Positions 12,610 through 26,265 of a DNA stretch of 64,000 nucleotides are shown in pieces. Below the pieces are notes generated by a model. The model saw only the letters and a program-made list of their open reading frames with translations, was not told the origin of the DNA and searched no databases. How positions within the stretch are numbered: position 1 is the first letter of the stretch; the number at the start of each line of letters is the position of its first letter. The stretch is from Vicugna vicugna (lineage: Eukaryota), in the NCBI GenBank assembly GCA_013265495.1, contig MU057809.1, positions 1,231,062-1,295,061 on the forward strand, in the 5' to 3' direction. The position numbers were made by a program, and so were the translations under genes.

Positions 12610-13080
12610 GTTGCGTGAAGTACATTCACAGTGTTGTGCAGCCGTCACCACCATCCGGCCTCCTAACCCTCCGTCTTGTCAAACTGAAGCTCTGTCCCCA
12701 TGAAGCGCTCGCTCCCCATCCCCCTGCCCCGGGCCCCCACCCTCTACTTTCTGTCTCCATGAATCTGACTCCTCCAGGTCCTCATAAGTGGAATCAAACA
12801 GTATATGTCGTTTCGTATCAGGCTTATTTCACTGAACATCACGTCCTCAAGGCTCGTGCACATTGTAGCAGGTGTCAGTTTCTTTCCTTTCTAAGGCTGA
12901 ATAATATTCCATTGTATGGATGCACCAAATTTTATTTGTTGATGGACACTTGGGTTGCTTTCACATTTTAGCTACTGTGAATAATTCTGCTAATGACATA
13001 AGTGTACAGATTCCTCCCTCAGACCCTGCTTTCAGTTCTTCTGGGTGTAGACCCAGGAGGGGGATTGCTGGATCGTATTG
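12610..13080 (-). mobile_element. L1MB-like 3' fragment
   Basis: Same motifs as 4880-5450 (gaatctgactcctccagg, aaggctgaataatattccattgtatg). Confidence 0.7.
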
Positions 13081-16000
13081 GACCTGGTGACATTTTATAA
13101 ACTGAGTCAGTGAGGGAAGGCTTGCAGACCTTCTGGTGTTAGAGGAGAGCTGAGAGGAAGTCCTGGGACACCAGGCGATGCTTGGGGTTGTTTCAGACCC
13201 ACGCGACATGTGGTGAATACACCGTGGAGTTCAGTGATGCATTGTCGTCTGGGGTAACTGTTACTCTTCAAGACAAGCCATGGTATTTAAAGTGAGTGAT
13301 GTAGTGATTCTGAAGCACCTCTTCGGCCGCCATCGGCACAGCGGTGGCATCTGTCTCTGTTGGTCGTCTCTCCCTGAAGTGTGTTCATTTCAAGAATATT
13401 CAGACAAATGTCAAAACTCACTGGGGTGTGATCTCAGTGACGGCAGGGCCGTGCCTCCTTCCTTTCTTTATTCCTGGTTCTTCGCATAGTTGCCCTGTGG
13501 GTTAGTTTCTGTGGGTGTCGGGGTGTGTTTGCAGGGACGCTGAGGCCCAGGGGCTGTTGGAGAGGATGCCGGCTGCTTCGCACACCCACCCCAATTCCTG
13601 GGCCAGCGTCCCGGTCACGTCCTGGGCCGGGGGTTCGACTCGGTGTGACGGCAGAGAAGGTCCTCCTGGGCCGGGGGGAAGGAGGGTGACACAGGCTCCA
13701 GGAAGAGAGGAAGCCCTCACCTCCCCCTTTCTGTGGTGGCCTGACAGCTCATCCTCTTACTCTGCCGTTTCCCTGACTCCGGAATAGTGTCTTGTAGAGG
13801 AATTTGGCTCCGTATATTTTTCTGCTAGGATACTATAAAACTTTTTAAATTGATGTCATACAATTAAATAATTTAGCCAAACAATTGCATCAACTTAAAA
13901 TTCTTTAACTCTGTTTTGCCTGTCTCCCAGTCCTCATCAGCACGTGCACCCACAGTCCTGATAATGCCATGGTCTGGGGTGCAGAACCCTCTCATCATCT
14001 CTGAGCCTCCGGGGCGCTGGGGGGGAGGATGCGGAAGAGAGCCGCCCACCACCTGAGGCTGCAGGGCCCGAACCTGTCCCGGACTTGGGCCTCCCACCCC
14101 CCGTGCGGTGCATTCTCACCTGGGTGCTTAGCACGGGTGTAGGGGGCGTGAGGTACTGTCGGTCCTCTTTCCTCTTAAAATGTGTGAGACGCTTTCTCAC
14201 GCACTGATACGGCGTGTCCACTGTAGGGCTTCTGACGAATAGTTAGGTGGCGTTCTACTGTGTTGCTTTCATCATCTGTTTGGAAGGAATTTCCACTATC
14301 TGGAGAATTTCAGGTTTGTTTTTCGGCAAGGACTGGGGTCCCATTTCTCTCCCCAGTGCAGTTAGTGTGCTTCCATAGTCTGACTGGTGAAGGTGGGGCT
14401 TTAACCCTTCTCCCACTGACGGGCAGTCAGAGGGGCTGCCTGCTCGGCCCTCCCACTGCAGGCCCCCCGAGCTGGTCAGCAGGGGAGCACAGGGCTGGAA
14501 GGGGCAGGGCAGGTGCTGCCATCCTCGGGGTGTGACAGGAGCCTGAGCGGGGAAGGCCGGGCGTTCTGGGGACAGAGCAGAGCCGAAGCTTTGAGAAGCC
14601 TGGCCGTCCCAAGCGCCCCCTTGAAGCACACGGAGCCCACCGAGGTTTCCAGGGCAGTAGTCCTGGGTTTTATCAGTACCCAGTCTCTGCACTTAGACAT
14701 GGGCAGTGGTCCCCACCACGGTTTAGTCTCCATCCCAGTCATCCGGTGCCTAGAGCAGGGCCTGGCCCACCGTGGGCACACGGTGACTGTTTATTGAATG
14801 AGCAAATGAGTGAGTGGGTGACGTCATTTGAGCCTCGTTCCGGCCGTGAGCCAGGAGGGCTGCTGTCACTCTCCCCGAGTGTCTAATAATTAGGGGGCCA
14901 AGGCTAGTGGGGGTCCAGTGACTGTCCCTTAGTGGGCTCCAGGCTTGCTGCCTCTGGCTCCTGGCACCTTGTAAGCGCTGTGTTGTCTGCGGGGCTCTTG
15001 AAGATAAGGTGCAGTACTTCTGGGAGTGTCAGGGGCTCACCTGATTTAGAGGCTAGTGATGTTTTTACGCCCTGCCTGCAGTCGCTCTCCCCTTCGACGG
15101 ATGCTGTCGCTCCCCCTTTCCTCCCAGGGAGGGTGAGGATTGCTGTACCCCACCCTGGTCTCCCGCAGCCCTCTACTGACAGAAGCCTGTGTCCATCGGG
15201 CTGGCCAGGCCACCCTCTCTGTTCGCTGCCCCTCGAGAGGCCTTGCGGGCTGGAGCCCAGAGTGGAGGATGCAGGCTGGCCGGTCCGGCCCTGGCAGTGC
15301 AGGGAGCTCGTGGACGTCCAAGGCCCCATGGTGAAGTGTGCGTTCTGTGAATGTGCTGGTCCGATCCTTGGCCGGCACCTCTGCTGCCCTGGGCACAGAT
15401 GTCAGCCGCCTCCGCTGCACCTTTGCGGGGCTTCTAGCTCAGCGCCAGCTGTCCTGGCCCTGTTTGTTGAACGTGACACCGACCGCATTCCCAGTGGCAG
15501 GACTTCGTGGCTGCACCAACATCCCCAGAGCCTTCTCCTTAAGTTTCTCTGGAAGGAAGCTCGGTGTCTGCTGGGACTTGCTCCTCAGTGTACGCTCTCC
15601 CCACTCGGACAAGAGAGCCACTCGGAGGGTCGGCTTGGGATGGGACGTCCTGCAAGGTAACAGGCTTCCAGATGCCTCACAGACCCGAGGGGGTCTGCTC
15701 GCCCAAGCGTGTTATACAGAGGTCATTACTGCCCATTTATTTATAAACTGTGCTTCCTTTTCTGCCCACCCTACACTCCAAAACCTAAAAATACAAACAG
15801 GTAGAACTTGGATAACATAGACATAATTCATCTAAAATGTTTAAAGCGTCTCCCAAAGGGAAAATTTGGAAGGTCTGCTGCCGGTAGACATCGGTTGTTT
15901 TTGCCGACACACATTTCTCCTTCTGGTCAAAGAGCCTGTCTCTCCCCCCAGCGCGCTCAGCCCACACCTGAGCCCTGGCGGGGCTCACAGCCCAACCTGG

Positions 16001-17984
16001 ACCCACTGGTCCCAGTCACCTCAGCTGGAAGTCCAGGTAGGGGCTTTACCAGACGGATGGGACAGGAGCCGAGAGCCACGACCAGCTGGGCCGCTCCCAG
16101 AAGACCCAGAGCACACAGGGAGGGCACAGGGCTCCCAGGGAGGGCACAGGGCTGAGAGGAGGGCGGGGGGGTGTGCCAACTGACGCCGGAGCCACTTGCA
16201 CTCCGCAGGCGTGGTGGGGCCGATCATTTCCGCTCGCTTAAGTTCATTTGAGCCGGATTTCTAACGTTTACATACGGGATCCTGACGCACTGTTAATCAC
16301 CACCTTGGCATCTGACAAACCCGGGTGAAGGAGGGTCCGTTAGTGAAGAGAAACCACTGACCTGAGAGTGGCTCTCGTTCATACAGGTGTGAGCAGTTTC
16401 TCAGCACCCCAGAACCGAAGATGCTTGCGTACCCTGCCAAGACCCGGTGACGGGTGCAGAGGCCCCCCGCGGGGTAGCAGTTCCGACCCGCAGAGGGCGG
16501 TGGGACTGGGACGCTTCCCGCGGGAGTTCTTCCCCACGCATCACCCAGAGGGCAGCTAACGAGGGAGGCCCCTGATTTGAACCTTCTCTGTCTTTACCCT
16601 TGCGAGCTTCCAATGCAGCGGATGTCATTCTTTGTGCCTGCCTGGGATGATTCAAGCTGGCCGTCCTGGCCGCCATCTGGCGGGCATTTTCTCACGGTGC
16701 CGGCACCGTCATGCTGGCGGATGGGGCTTGTCCGTGATGAGTGAACGCGGACTGCATCTGCACTTGATGGATTTTGAGCGTTGGAGCGTGCAGGCCTGGT
16801 TGGAGGCTGGCAGGACTCAGCGTGTGGGCTGGGTCTGAAGAGGTGGGTCTGGAAAGTACAGCTGAGGTCTTTGGGAATTGCTTGACCAGAACTCAGAGGC
16901 TGGGCATCCAGCACTTTCCTGGTACTCGGGGGACTGGGCACGCTTCGGCTGGGTGCTGGTTTGAGTGGGAGGGGGCTGACCTTTGAAGGGAATGGGGCCC
17001 AGGGCTGGTGCCGGCCCTGCTGGTCAGCAGAGGCGCCTGGGGCAAAGGGCTCAGCACACTGGTCTGTGCGTCGACTCTCATACTCGAGGTTCCCTCCTTT
17101 CTGTGTGCGCTGATACATCACCACACCAGTAGAAGGTTCTCACAGTCGGAATTCACAAGGAGCCCACCACGGCTAGGGGCTCTGATGGGGCACGCCGTGC
17201 AGCAGAGGCCTGGGGGCCCTGCTGGGGTCTGTGTCTCCTTGTGGCTTTGTCTCGGGCAGGGGCCAACAGTGCGTCTTGTGCCTTCACCTCTGCAGGCCCA
17301 GGAGGAGCAGCAAGTGTGTGCCTAAGCCGCTCCGGAGCCTTGCCTGAGAAAAGGTGCAAGAAAAGCCCCACCTCTTCCCCCCCTGCGCCCCACCCAGATC
17401 GTCAGGTCGGCGAGCAGAGACCCGGTCCCACTCCCGGCTCCCGGCTCCCGGGCAGCGCTCTGCTGTTCATGTTCCAGGAGCTCCAAAGTGCAAGGGCTTG
17501 TGCTCGGCTGGTGCCCTGGCTTGGTCAGCAGGGCCCGGCTCAGACCAAGAATTCCCGCAGGCACGGGGTGGGGTGGGGAAGACCAGAGCGCGAAGGGAAG
17601 AGCATGTCGCGGCTGGGCCAGCACCCAGACCTTCCCAGGTGGGAGAGGCGACTGGCAGCTGTGGCCGGCACCCTCCCCTGGCCGCTGGGCTCTCCCAGTG
17701 CCGCAGGACCTGAGGCCACATCCAGGGAGCGGGCGGCGCCGGCAGGGACTTCCAGTCTCAGGGCTCCTGCCGGGGCTAGAGTTCACCTTTTAAGCAAATC
17801 TGGAGTAGGAATCTTTAAAATGCTCTTTCACCCAGTAAAATAATAATAATAATAAAGCTGGTTATTTTATCATTAGATGGCTGGCCATTCTGTTCAGGAG
17901 AATGAAAAAAGAAAGTTGACCTCGTGAATACATTTTCTTGGATGAGCTGGGTGTTGGTGATGGTTTCAATTGGTGTTAATTTCA

Positions 17985-18530
17985 CATCTTTTAAAAATTG
18001 TGGTAAGATGCACATAGCATAAAATTTACCTTTTTAAAGCCATTTTTAAGTGTCCAGTTCAGAAGCATTAAATTCATATTCACATTGTTGTGCAGCCATC
18101 ACCACCATCCACCTCCAGAACTCATTCATCTTCCCACACTGAGACTCTGCCCCCGGCCCCCTCCCCAGGCCCCAGCACCCTTCCTGCTACTTTGCGTCCT
18201 GAATCTGACTCCTCCAGGGACGCCATGTGAGCAGAGTCACCGTATTCGTCCTTCTGTGTCTCTTGTTTCACGGAGCATAATGCCCCAAGGCTCACCCATG
18301 CTGTGGCCTGTGTCAGAACCTCCTTCCTTTTTAAGGCTAAGTAATATTCCATTGTGTGGACGGACCGCACTGTGCCCGTTATTGGTTGATGGGCACTTGG
18401 GTGGCTCCCGCCTTTTGGCTGCTGTGAGTAATGCTGCCAGGAAGGTGGGTGTGCAGATACCTGCTTTCGGTTCTTTGGGGTACAGACCCAGAAGTGGTAA
18501 TTCTGTATTTGATTGTTTGCAGAACTGTAT
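17985..18530 (-). mobile_element. L1MB-like 3' fragment
   Basis: cacatagcataaaatttacc...cacattgttgtgcagccatcaccaccatcc...cccagaagtgg. Confidence 0.7.
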
Positions 18531-21500
18531 TTCCATGCTTTTTATTGCCAGAAATGTTTACAGATGATAACATGTGAGAGCAGCACATGGCGGGCATGCC
18601 ACAGCTGGGTCCACGTACAGCTACAATAATCAGGGCACGCTGCTGTCACCGCCCTCGCATTGCTGTGGCGGTGGCCCTCAGCCTCTGCCCCGGTGGGCCA
18701 GCCGGCGCGGTGCCGTGAGCAAAGCACTGCTCTGAGGCCCCGCAGGGCAGCTTCTGCTGGGCCGCCCAGAGGCCTCGTCTCTTAGCCCTCGAACCGCAGG
18801 CTGGGCGAGCCTCCTCTGACAGAGATGGCACCTTCCCTCCCTTGCTGACGTACAGATGGCTCGGAAGACCTGTCCTGGGCGACGCCGCCAGCAGCTGGGA
18901 GCACCTGGCACCCCGGTGGTCTCACGGCAAAGCAGGGAGGTCACTCTCCCTAGGAGAAAACAGGCCCCTGGGAGTGCTACGTGTCCACTCCAGACAGATG
19001 AGAAACGTGACAACAGTGGCGTAACCCAAACCCGGGTGGCAGCAACTGGGACCCGCACACCACTACCTCGCTAGCCAGGGCATCCGTGTGACCCCGTACT
19101 TCAGCGCGCCCTTCCCGGCTCCTCACTCCCCATCTGCCTTCACACCGGGGGCCGGGGTGGGGGCGGAATGCGCTCCCCCAGACCCGTACCCAGGGGTGCT
19201 TCCTGCGCTTGTCAAGGAATGAAAACTGAAGATGAGAGATCAAGTGACAGCTCCGAGTGTGGGGGGACAGGACTTCAAAGCGCTCGCCTCTGCTCCGCCC
19301 CCGCCGCCCAGCTGCGCCCCGGGCCAGGAGTGCTGGTACTGGCGCCTCTTCCTCCAGCACCGAGGCGGGCGCAGACCCCAGGAAGGAAGAGCCACGGGCT
19401 AGTGGGGACAGACTCCGATGCGTGGCTTTGGGGGGAGGTTTCTGCCAGCTTCGGGAAGGAGACGCGGGAGGCGTTGCTGGGCGGAGAGCTGAGAGAGAAG
19501 TGTGCGAGCCGAAGTTCCAGGCCTCCTCCCAGGAGCCGGGCACAACCCCTGCTTACAGCCTGATGCGTGTCCGTGCGGAACAGGCAAGCCCAGTTCAAAC
19601 GTCTGAGCTGCTTCCCAGGAAAATTCTAGCGGAAACTATGGCTTTGACAAAACCACCTTTGCTTCAAAGCAGTTACAAAAGTTGGGGGCTTAAAAACCAC
19701 CCGGAAGAGGCCGTTTTGCCATTTTCAGTTGGTTTTCTTCCAGAGTCTCTTGCTTCCAGTAGGTTTCCAGAAAATTTTTCTTTCAAAACTTCGGGGCACG
19801 TCTTTGAAAAGTGGATTTAAAGTGTCGGGTTTCAAAGTGGGTTGGCTTTTTAAAGTGGTCTGGGTTTCTAAAAGGTTTGGTTGAAAACTGTTTTGGTTCT
19901 GAAATCTTCCAAAACTGTTTCCCAGGGCCCAGAGCCCCACAGCACTTCGGGAGGGGGCAGGGCGTGGAATGAGGAGACTGCAGGGGGTCAGGGCAGGACG
20001 TCGTGGGGGGCGGACCACGGTGAGCGGGCCATCCCGGCCTTGGGGGCTCTGTGGCCCAGCCCAAGTCGGGAGCTGGAAGGGGATGGGCTCCCCGGTCTTG
20101 TGTCTGGCTCGGGCGAATGTGTCTCCTGAAATCTCTTCCTGTGTGTCACTTCTCCAGCCGCCCCCGCCGCCGCCGGGCACCCTGCTAATGGGTGCTTGTC
20201 TCTCTGTGAGGGGCCCTCTTTCATCCTGACTGCAGGGGATCCGTGTCCGCTGGTGTCACACTCCGAGGAAAACGCTGCCTTGAGACTGGGCTTCCCAAGG
20301 AAGGACTCATTTGGGGGAAAGCGTGTTGATGGAAAGGTCGGGGCCTTGTGGAGGGTTCTTGAAGAGTCATGCGCTGAACCAGAATCCACACGCACAGGGA
20401 TTCCTGGCGCCGTTTCCCAGATGCGGCTTGAGACCCGGTGAGGCTGTGGCACCCTGCTCAGGTCCACCATTGCCCAGCGACCCGGTGCTCGGGCCCTAGA
20501 GCCCTGCCGGCCTCAGCCTTTCACTCACAGCGCTGCTTGGGGGCGCGGCCTGCCGTCCGGGCACGGACCTGGCCCTCCCCCGCCTGCCACGTCTGCTGAG
20601 GCCACATGTGGGCCCGGCAGCCGCAGGGGCTGTGGTGTCAGGCCCAGCCTCCAGAAGAAGCCAACCTAGGACCAGACGCGGCTGGAAGAAGACGACAGCA
20701 GGCCCAGGATGCCTCGGCCCCAGACTGGTGACGATGGATGGAAAACCCCGGAGTCTGCGGAAAGGGCGCGTAGCCGACAGCCGGCCGCATGTCCTGGGGG
20801 AGGGGCGGCGCGGGCAACTGAGTGTCGGCAGAGAGGCCCAGAGCAGAGGGGAGGAGAGAGGAAAAATCCAGCGCTTAGGAAAAACCTCGCCAGCCAAGGG
20901 AGTGGCCGGGGCATTAACCCCGTCCCACCCAGGGGAGCAGCAGCGCCTGTTCGGGGAGCCACGAAAGCCTTGCTGGAAATGTGTTAACTAACTTGGGGGC
21001 CCCTTCCTGCCCAGCGGAGCTCACACCACTTGGGTGGCGGCCAGGGAGAGCTGGGTGCTCCGTGCGCAGGGCTGCTGGTTCCTTATCTGCCAAGATGCCG
21101 GGGGTGTCCGAGGCCTCCCACTCCAGCTGGCCGGGAACTCCTCCCAGAGCCAGTTCTGGTGCCCCGTGAAGGGCCGACTGCAAGGGCATAGCCACAAAGA
21201 ACCGTCCCGGTGCAAAGACATTCGGGCAGCGTCAGCCCGGGGCAGGTGGGTGCCCAGCCGCATGCTCCACATCCCTGTATCCTCCTGGGAGGCAGGCAGC
21301 CCGCGCCCACAGCCGACGAGAGCCCGGGCAGCCCTGGCCCTCCACCCCCTGCCCTCCCCTGTCTGAGCTGTAACTTGCTCCAGCCTGGCTGAAGGACCAG
21401 GCAGCACGGTAGCTCCTGGCCTGGCCTGGAGTTGGGCCCAGATGTGGGTAGAGGTGGGACGCAAGCCTAGAGGTGTTCTGCTAAGACAGCCCAGAGATGG

Positions 21501-22902
21501 GGCCTTTCTGAGCTCCTCGAGGCTTTGGCTGTGGGGTTCTGAGCTGAGAGCAAGTCAAGATCGCCCTCCAGAGCCTCCCCGCTGTGGCCCCACGTGCTGT
21601 GGGATCGGGGCTCGGCCCCGGGCCCTGCCTCCCCAGGGCTCTGGGACCTGGCGAGCACTTCTCTGCCTCTGCTCTGTGCTGGCCTCCTGGGCCCGCTCTC
21701 CGGACAAGCTGGAAGGACCTGAATGTCACCGGGGCCGCAGCTGGCTGGGTGGGTGGGTGGGTGTTGCGTTGGCGCCAGGTCTCCCCAAGGGCTTGGACGT
21801 GGGCACCTGTGGGTGCTCCTGCCACACCAGGCCCTCGTGAACACGCTCCCACCCATGTCCAAGGCTGCCCGCGGCCCCCCATCACCGAGGGCGGAGGCCA
21901 GACCCAGGCTGCGTCACCCGCACCGGGCAGGGGCAGCAGCCTCCTCACAGCCTCCCCTTGGCGCTTCTAACTCATCCTTCCCCCAGGACGGCTCCTTCAG
22001 ACCATAGGTGCCTGCACGTCCTGGCCACGGGCTTTCCCCGAGGCCCCTCCCTCTTGCGTCTCCCCCCCAACGGGCTGTGCTCCCACCTGGACCCGCGTGG
22101 GGAGCACAGAGCTTGTTCAGCAGAGCCTGCTTCACAGTTTGCTCCCTGGTGCACCCCCAGCTCCCATGAGGTCGTCTTGCGTGACACGTCTAAACCTGCG
22201 CAGGCGAAGGAGTTGGGACCAGAAGACGCTGAGTGGGAGGGGGCCTTGGTGTCCCCTGGAACCCACGGCAGCCTCCCTGGCAGGTTGGGTCAGCCGTGCT
22301 TGCATGCCTGCCGTGGCGGGAGGCTCACTACCTCTCTGCCCTGCTGGCTGGAGGTCTGGAGTTTATGATCTTTTCCTAATATTGAGCCAAATCTGCCTCC
22401 CTCGAACTCAGGAGCCACACAAACCTGTGGCCTCTTCCACATTAAATGGGTTTAGATCTCAGGAGACAGCCACTGTGTGTGTCTCCCCTGGATTAAAGAA
22501 AAACTCACATGGAAGCTGGCAAGAGTGGAGGTCAGAGCCTGGCTCCTGCCCCGGCCCAGCCCCCGTCCTGTCACTGCGTAATCAGCAGTCCTTCTGGTCA
22601 GCTTCTGCCTCTGTTCCTAAGAACTTTTGAGACAAATGGACAGAAGATTCTGTAGCCGTTGCTCAGGGCTTTTGAGAAATTCCAGACCCCTCAGCTGGTG
22701 AAGCAGCCAAAGTCTGCTCCACTCAGCAGGCTGGTCGTGTCTTGAATGGCAACGTGTTCTGTCTTGACCAAGCACCTCGTGTGTTATGTAAGAATTGGCT
22801 GCCAGCAGCATCCACTTTGCCCGGCCTTTCTCCGAGCCCTGTGCACTAGGAGAGTAAGGAGGGTGTGAAGGCAGCAACTGGGCCTGCGGCCTGGCCACAC
22901 AC

Positions 22903-23047
22903 GCCGGGGGTGTGCGTGTGTGCGCGTGCCTGGGGTGTGCGTGTGCGCGTGCCTGGGGTGTGCATGTGTGCGTGCACGTGCCTGGGGTGTGCGTGTGTGT
23001 GCACGCGTGCCTGGGATGTTTGTGTGTGTGCATGCGCGCATGCCTGG
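22903..23047. repeat. Imperfect 23-33-bp tandem repeat GCCTGGGGTGTG(RY)n, ~5 units
   Basis: Recurring gcctggggtgtg anchors separated by alternating purine/pyrimidine tracts. Confidence 0.85.
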
Positions 23048-23529
23048 CTGCAGGCGGAGGGAGGGAGAGGCCGTCGGGGGACCAGCTAGAAGTGCAGGAA
23101 AATGCAGCTGGCGCCTAACACTGGCTGTGATCAGGGACAGGGGAACAGCCAGCAGGTCCTTTCCACAGGTACAGGGACAGAGGCTTGGGGTGAGTGGGGG
23201 CACCAAGAGACTCTGTCAGCCAAGGAGGAAGGCAGCCCGTGGAATGGGAGGAAACACTGCACGTCGCTTATCTGGTGAGTGACTAACACACCGAACTGAC
23301 AGAACTATAATTCAGCACCCAGAAGACAAACGACCCCATTCAAAAGTGGGCAAGTGACTCGAATGGACATTTCTCCGGAGAAGACATAGGCATGGCCAAC
23401 AGGCACATGAAAAGCCGCGCGACGTCGCTAACATCAGGGAAATGCAAGCCTCTGCCTGTGCTGGCAGGACTGGCCACCGCTCGCCAAGGTCTGCCGGCCA
23501 CCAGGTCCGTCTCGTTGGGTCTTCCCAGC

Positions 23530-23840
23530 AACACTTTGAGCCACATGTTAATTTAAATTTTTCTGATAACCTCCCTAAGAAATAAAAAAGCAAGAAGTGA
23601 ATTTAATTTTAGTATTTGACCGAATATATCCAAAATAGTATCATTTCAACTTGTGAATTAAATAAAATTATTCGTAAGATATTTTAGCCTGGCTGCTTGC
23701 GGGTTTGGGTTCGTCTGTGTGTGTGTGTGCTAAGACTTCAAAATCCTGTGTATTTCACACAGCACATCCCAGTCACAGTAGCCACGTTTCAAGCGCACAG
23801 ACAGCCGCAGGGGGCCGGTGGCCGCCATGGAGGACTGCAG
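23530..23840. mobile_element. MER33-like hAT-Charlie DNA transposon remnant
   Basis: gagccacatgttaatttaaatttttct...atatatccaaaatagtatcatttcaac...tagccacgtttcaag...gtggccgcc. Confidence 0.7.
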
Positions 23841-26039
23841 AACTTCGAGGAGTGGCTTCCGTAGCTCTTCCAGCTTTATAGATGCGGGAGCTGAGGCTGG
23901 AGAGGTTTGACCACAGCCACTCGTCCTCAGGGCCGCTGCCCGCACCGCCCCAGGACCTCGGCTCTGTCCCAGGCGGGGGCGCTGTCCTGGCCCCCTTGAT
24001 TCGGGGCCAGGGCTGAGCGTGCCCTGCAGCCCTGGGGGTGACCCTCAGTGCTTCCTCTGCCCTGGGTGGGACGGGGCTGGTGCCCCTCTCCCGCTGACCA
24101 TGTGCCCGAGGAGGGGCCCCTCTGAAGAGGGGTCCGGCTCTGAGTCAGGGCCAACAGCCAAGGCAGCCAGGGTCCCAGGAGGGGCCGTGGGAGACTGGGC
24201 TCGCCTGGTCCTCAGTGCCTCCCACCAGGGGGCAGCCTCGGGTCAGGAACACTGCGTTTCGGGGCCTCCTCTCAGGTCTCCTGAGGGCCCTTCCACAAGC
24301 GTGTCTGTCTGAGCCTGGGGCTCACTGGTTAGAGCGCGCAGGCAATTTCACAGCCGGTGAATCGTTCTGCAGTGACGGGCCCAAGCCTTAGGACCACCTG
24401 GGGTGAGCAGACAGTGGAAGTCCTCTGACTGGCAGAGTGTCTATGCGGAGGGTGGGGCGTGCCCAGCCCAGAAGCCAGGTTACGGGCTGCTGGTGGTGGG
24501 CCCAGGAAGCTCAGAGCCCTGCATGGCTGAGAGTCCAGCGGCCCCCCTGGGGGCAGGGGGCTGGTCGCCCCGTCCACTGATGCCCTCACATCCCTCATCT
24601 TCACCGTGGGTGCTCCTGGGTCCCCCACACCCAAAGCAGAAGCTGGCAGTGCAGGGCCCACCCCCAGGCCCGAGTTCACATTCAGCTCCATCACCTACTT
24701 GTCTCTCTGCGGAAGGTCACTCCCTGCCCGGGGCCCCTCTGGGGACTGGGAGATGTGTGTCTCAGCCTCCCCAGGCCCTGAAGCCCCCCGGGCCTGCCCC
24801 CAGGACACCAGACCTGAGCCTGTCCTTGGGCCGCCTCTGTTCTGAGGGTGACCCGGAACCCAGATGCGTGCACACATGCGGGATGCTGGCTGAGTGAGGC
24901 AGGACGCGGCCCCAGCCCACCCTGGTTGGGGGACTCACGCCCCGCCCTCCAGCGCACTCTTGTCCATTTGTGGGAGCCCCACGGGGAGGGATGCTGGCAC
25001 TGATTCTGGCATGGAGTTCCCACGTCTGCCTGGGCCTCTCACCCCAAAATTCCATTTTCACAGTCCGAGGCGCCGCCTGCTGGAAGCCGTCTTTGGGGGA
25101 GCCCTCTGGTAAAGTGACGAGTCCTTTTGTCTGGACCTCCCTCCGTCCTGCTACAACATCCTTATTTAGCTCCACGCTGCAGCCGGGGACTGGCCCGTCT
25201 CACGCGCCTGGCCTCGGGCCTGGTGTGGAGGAAGAGCTCCCTCAGCGCCTGCTGGAGGAGCAGACGTGGGGATTTTACCTGGATCAGTCAAGGTTACAAG
25301 CACCCAAAACTGACGGCAGCGACATTAAATGGAACACAAAAGAACTTTGATGCCACGGGTAAAGACGGTGGACGGAGCACAAGCGTCTGTTTTTGCCCCT
25401 TTCTGAAGCCTCATGCAAGCGGCAGTGATAAGATATTTTTAAAGGCATAAATCTGCACGTACAGGAGAACAGGAGAGGATGTGGCAGGAGCCACATGTTA
25501 GAAACTGGAAGCAGATGACAAGCAGTGAATGACACAGCTGTCCTGAGAAGAGCGAATCCCGAACGGGTGGCGGGAAGCTGAGCCCCCCGACCCTGACTTA
25601 CCCCTGGCGTCCTCAAGAGGGCCTGAGAAGGGACGGGACCAGGGGGCGGGGGTGGGGGCGAGAGACAGCCAGGTCCCAGATGCCCCTCCCCCCGACTCCA
25701 CGCAGCCTCCCCAGCCTGGCTCTGAGAGGGTAACATACCAGGTGCCCAGCCTGGGGACCCCAGGCCCACTGAGGGCAGGGATCCTGCACTGACAGCAGAG
25801 GAGACAGACCTCCCTGTACTCAGGAAACAGGAGTCTTCTCTGGGAACAGCAAGCCGCCCTGGAGGGGGGGCCCCAGCCAGCAGGCCCGTCCGCTCAGCAG
25901 GCCCCACCCACGCACTCAGAGCCCGGAGCCCCTGGCAGCCTCCTCGCCCCCCAGACAGCACCTCCTCCTTCCTCCCTCGGGTCACTTGTCCTGGAGATGC
26001 CAGCGACCATGCCAGGAGGACACTCGGCCCTAAGGGGAC

Positions 26040-26265
26040 GTCCTCTTGTCAAGGAACTGAGACCCCCAGTGATAGCCAGGACCACCTCCCAGGCACGGGA
26101 GCAGCCCCGGCAGGGGACCCCCCCACCCCAGTCCAGCCTTCAGATGACAGCAGCCTCCACAGACACTTTGGCTGCAGCCTCATGAGAGACCCTGAGCCAG
26201 GACCACCACGTGGAGTTACCTCGAATCTGTGAGACAGAGAGTAAGTGCTGGGCTTTGGGGCTTTG
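26040..26265. mobile_element. MLT1-like (MaLR) LTR fragment
   Basis: caaggaactgag...ccagccttcagatgac...gctgcagcctcatgagagaccctgagccag. Confidence 0.55.

Noticed and set aside
12042..12971. 309-aa ORF downstream of CHST12
   Set aside because: Non-ATG start, and the 3' part is an antisense L1 3'UTR translation shared with ORFs at 4911 and 18085.
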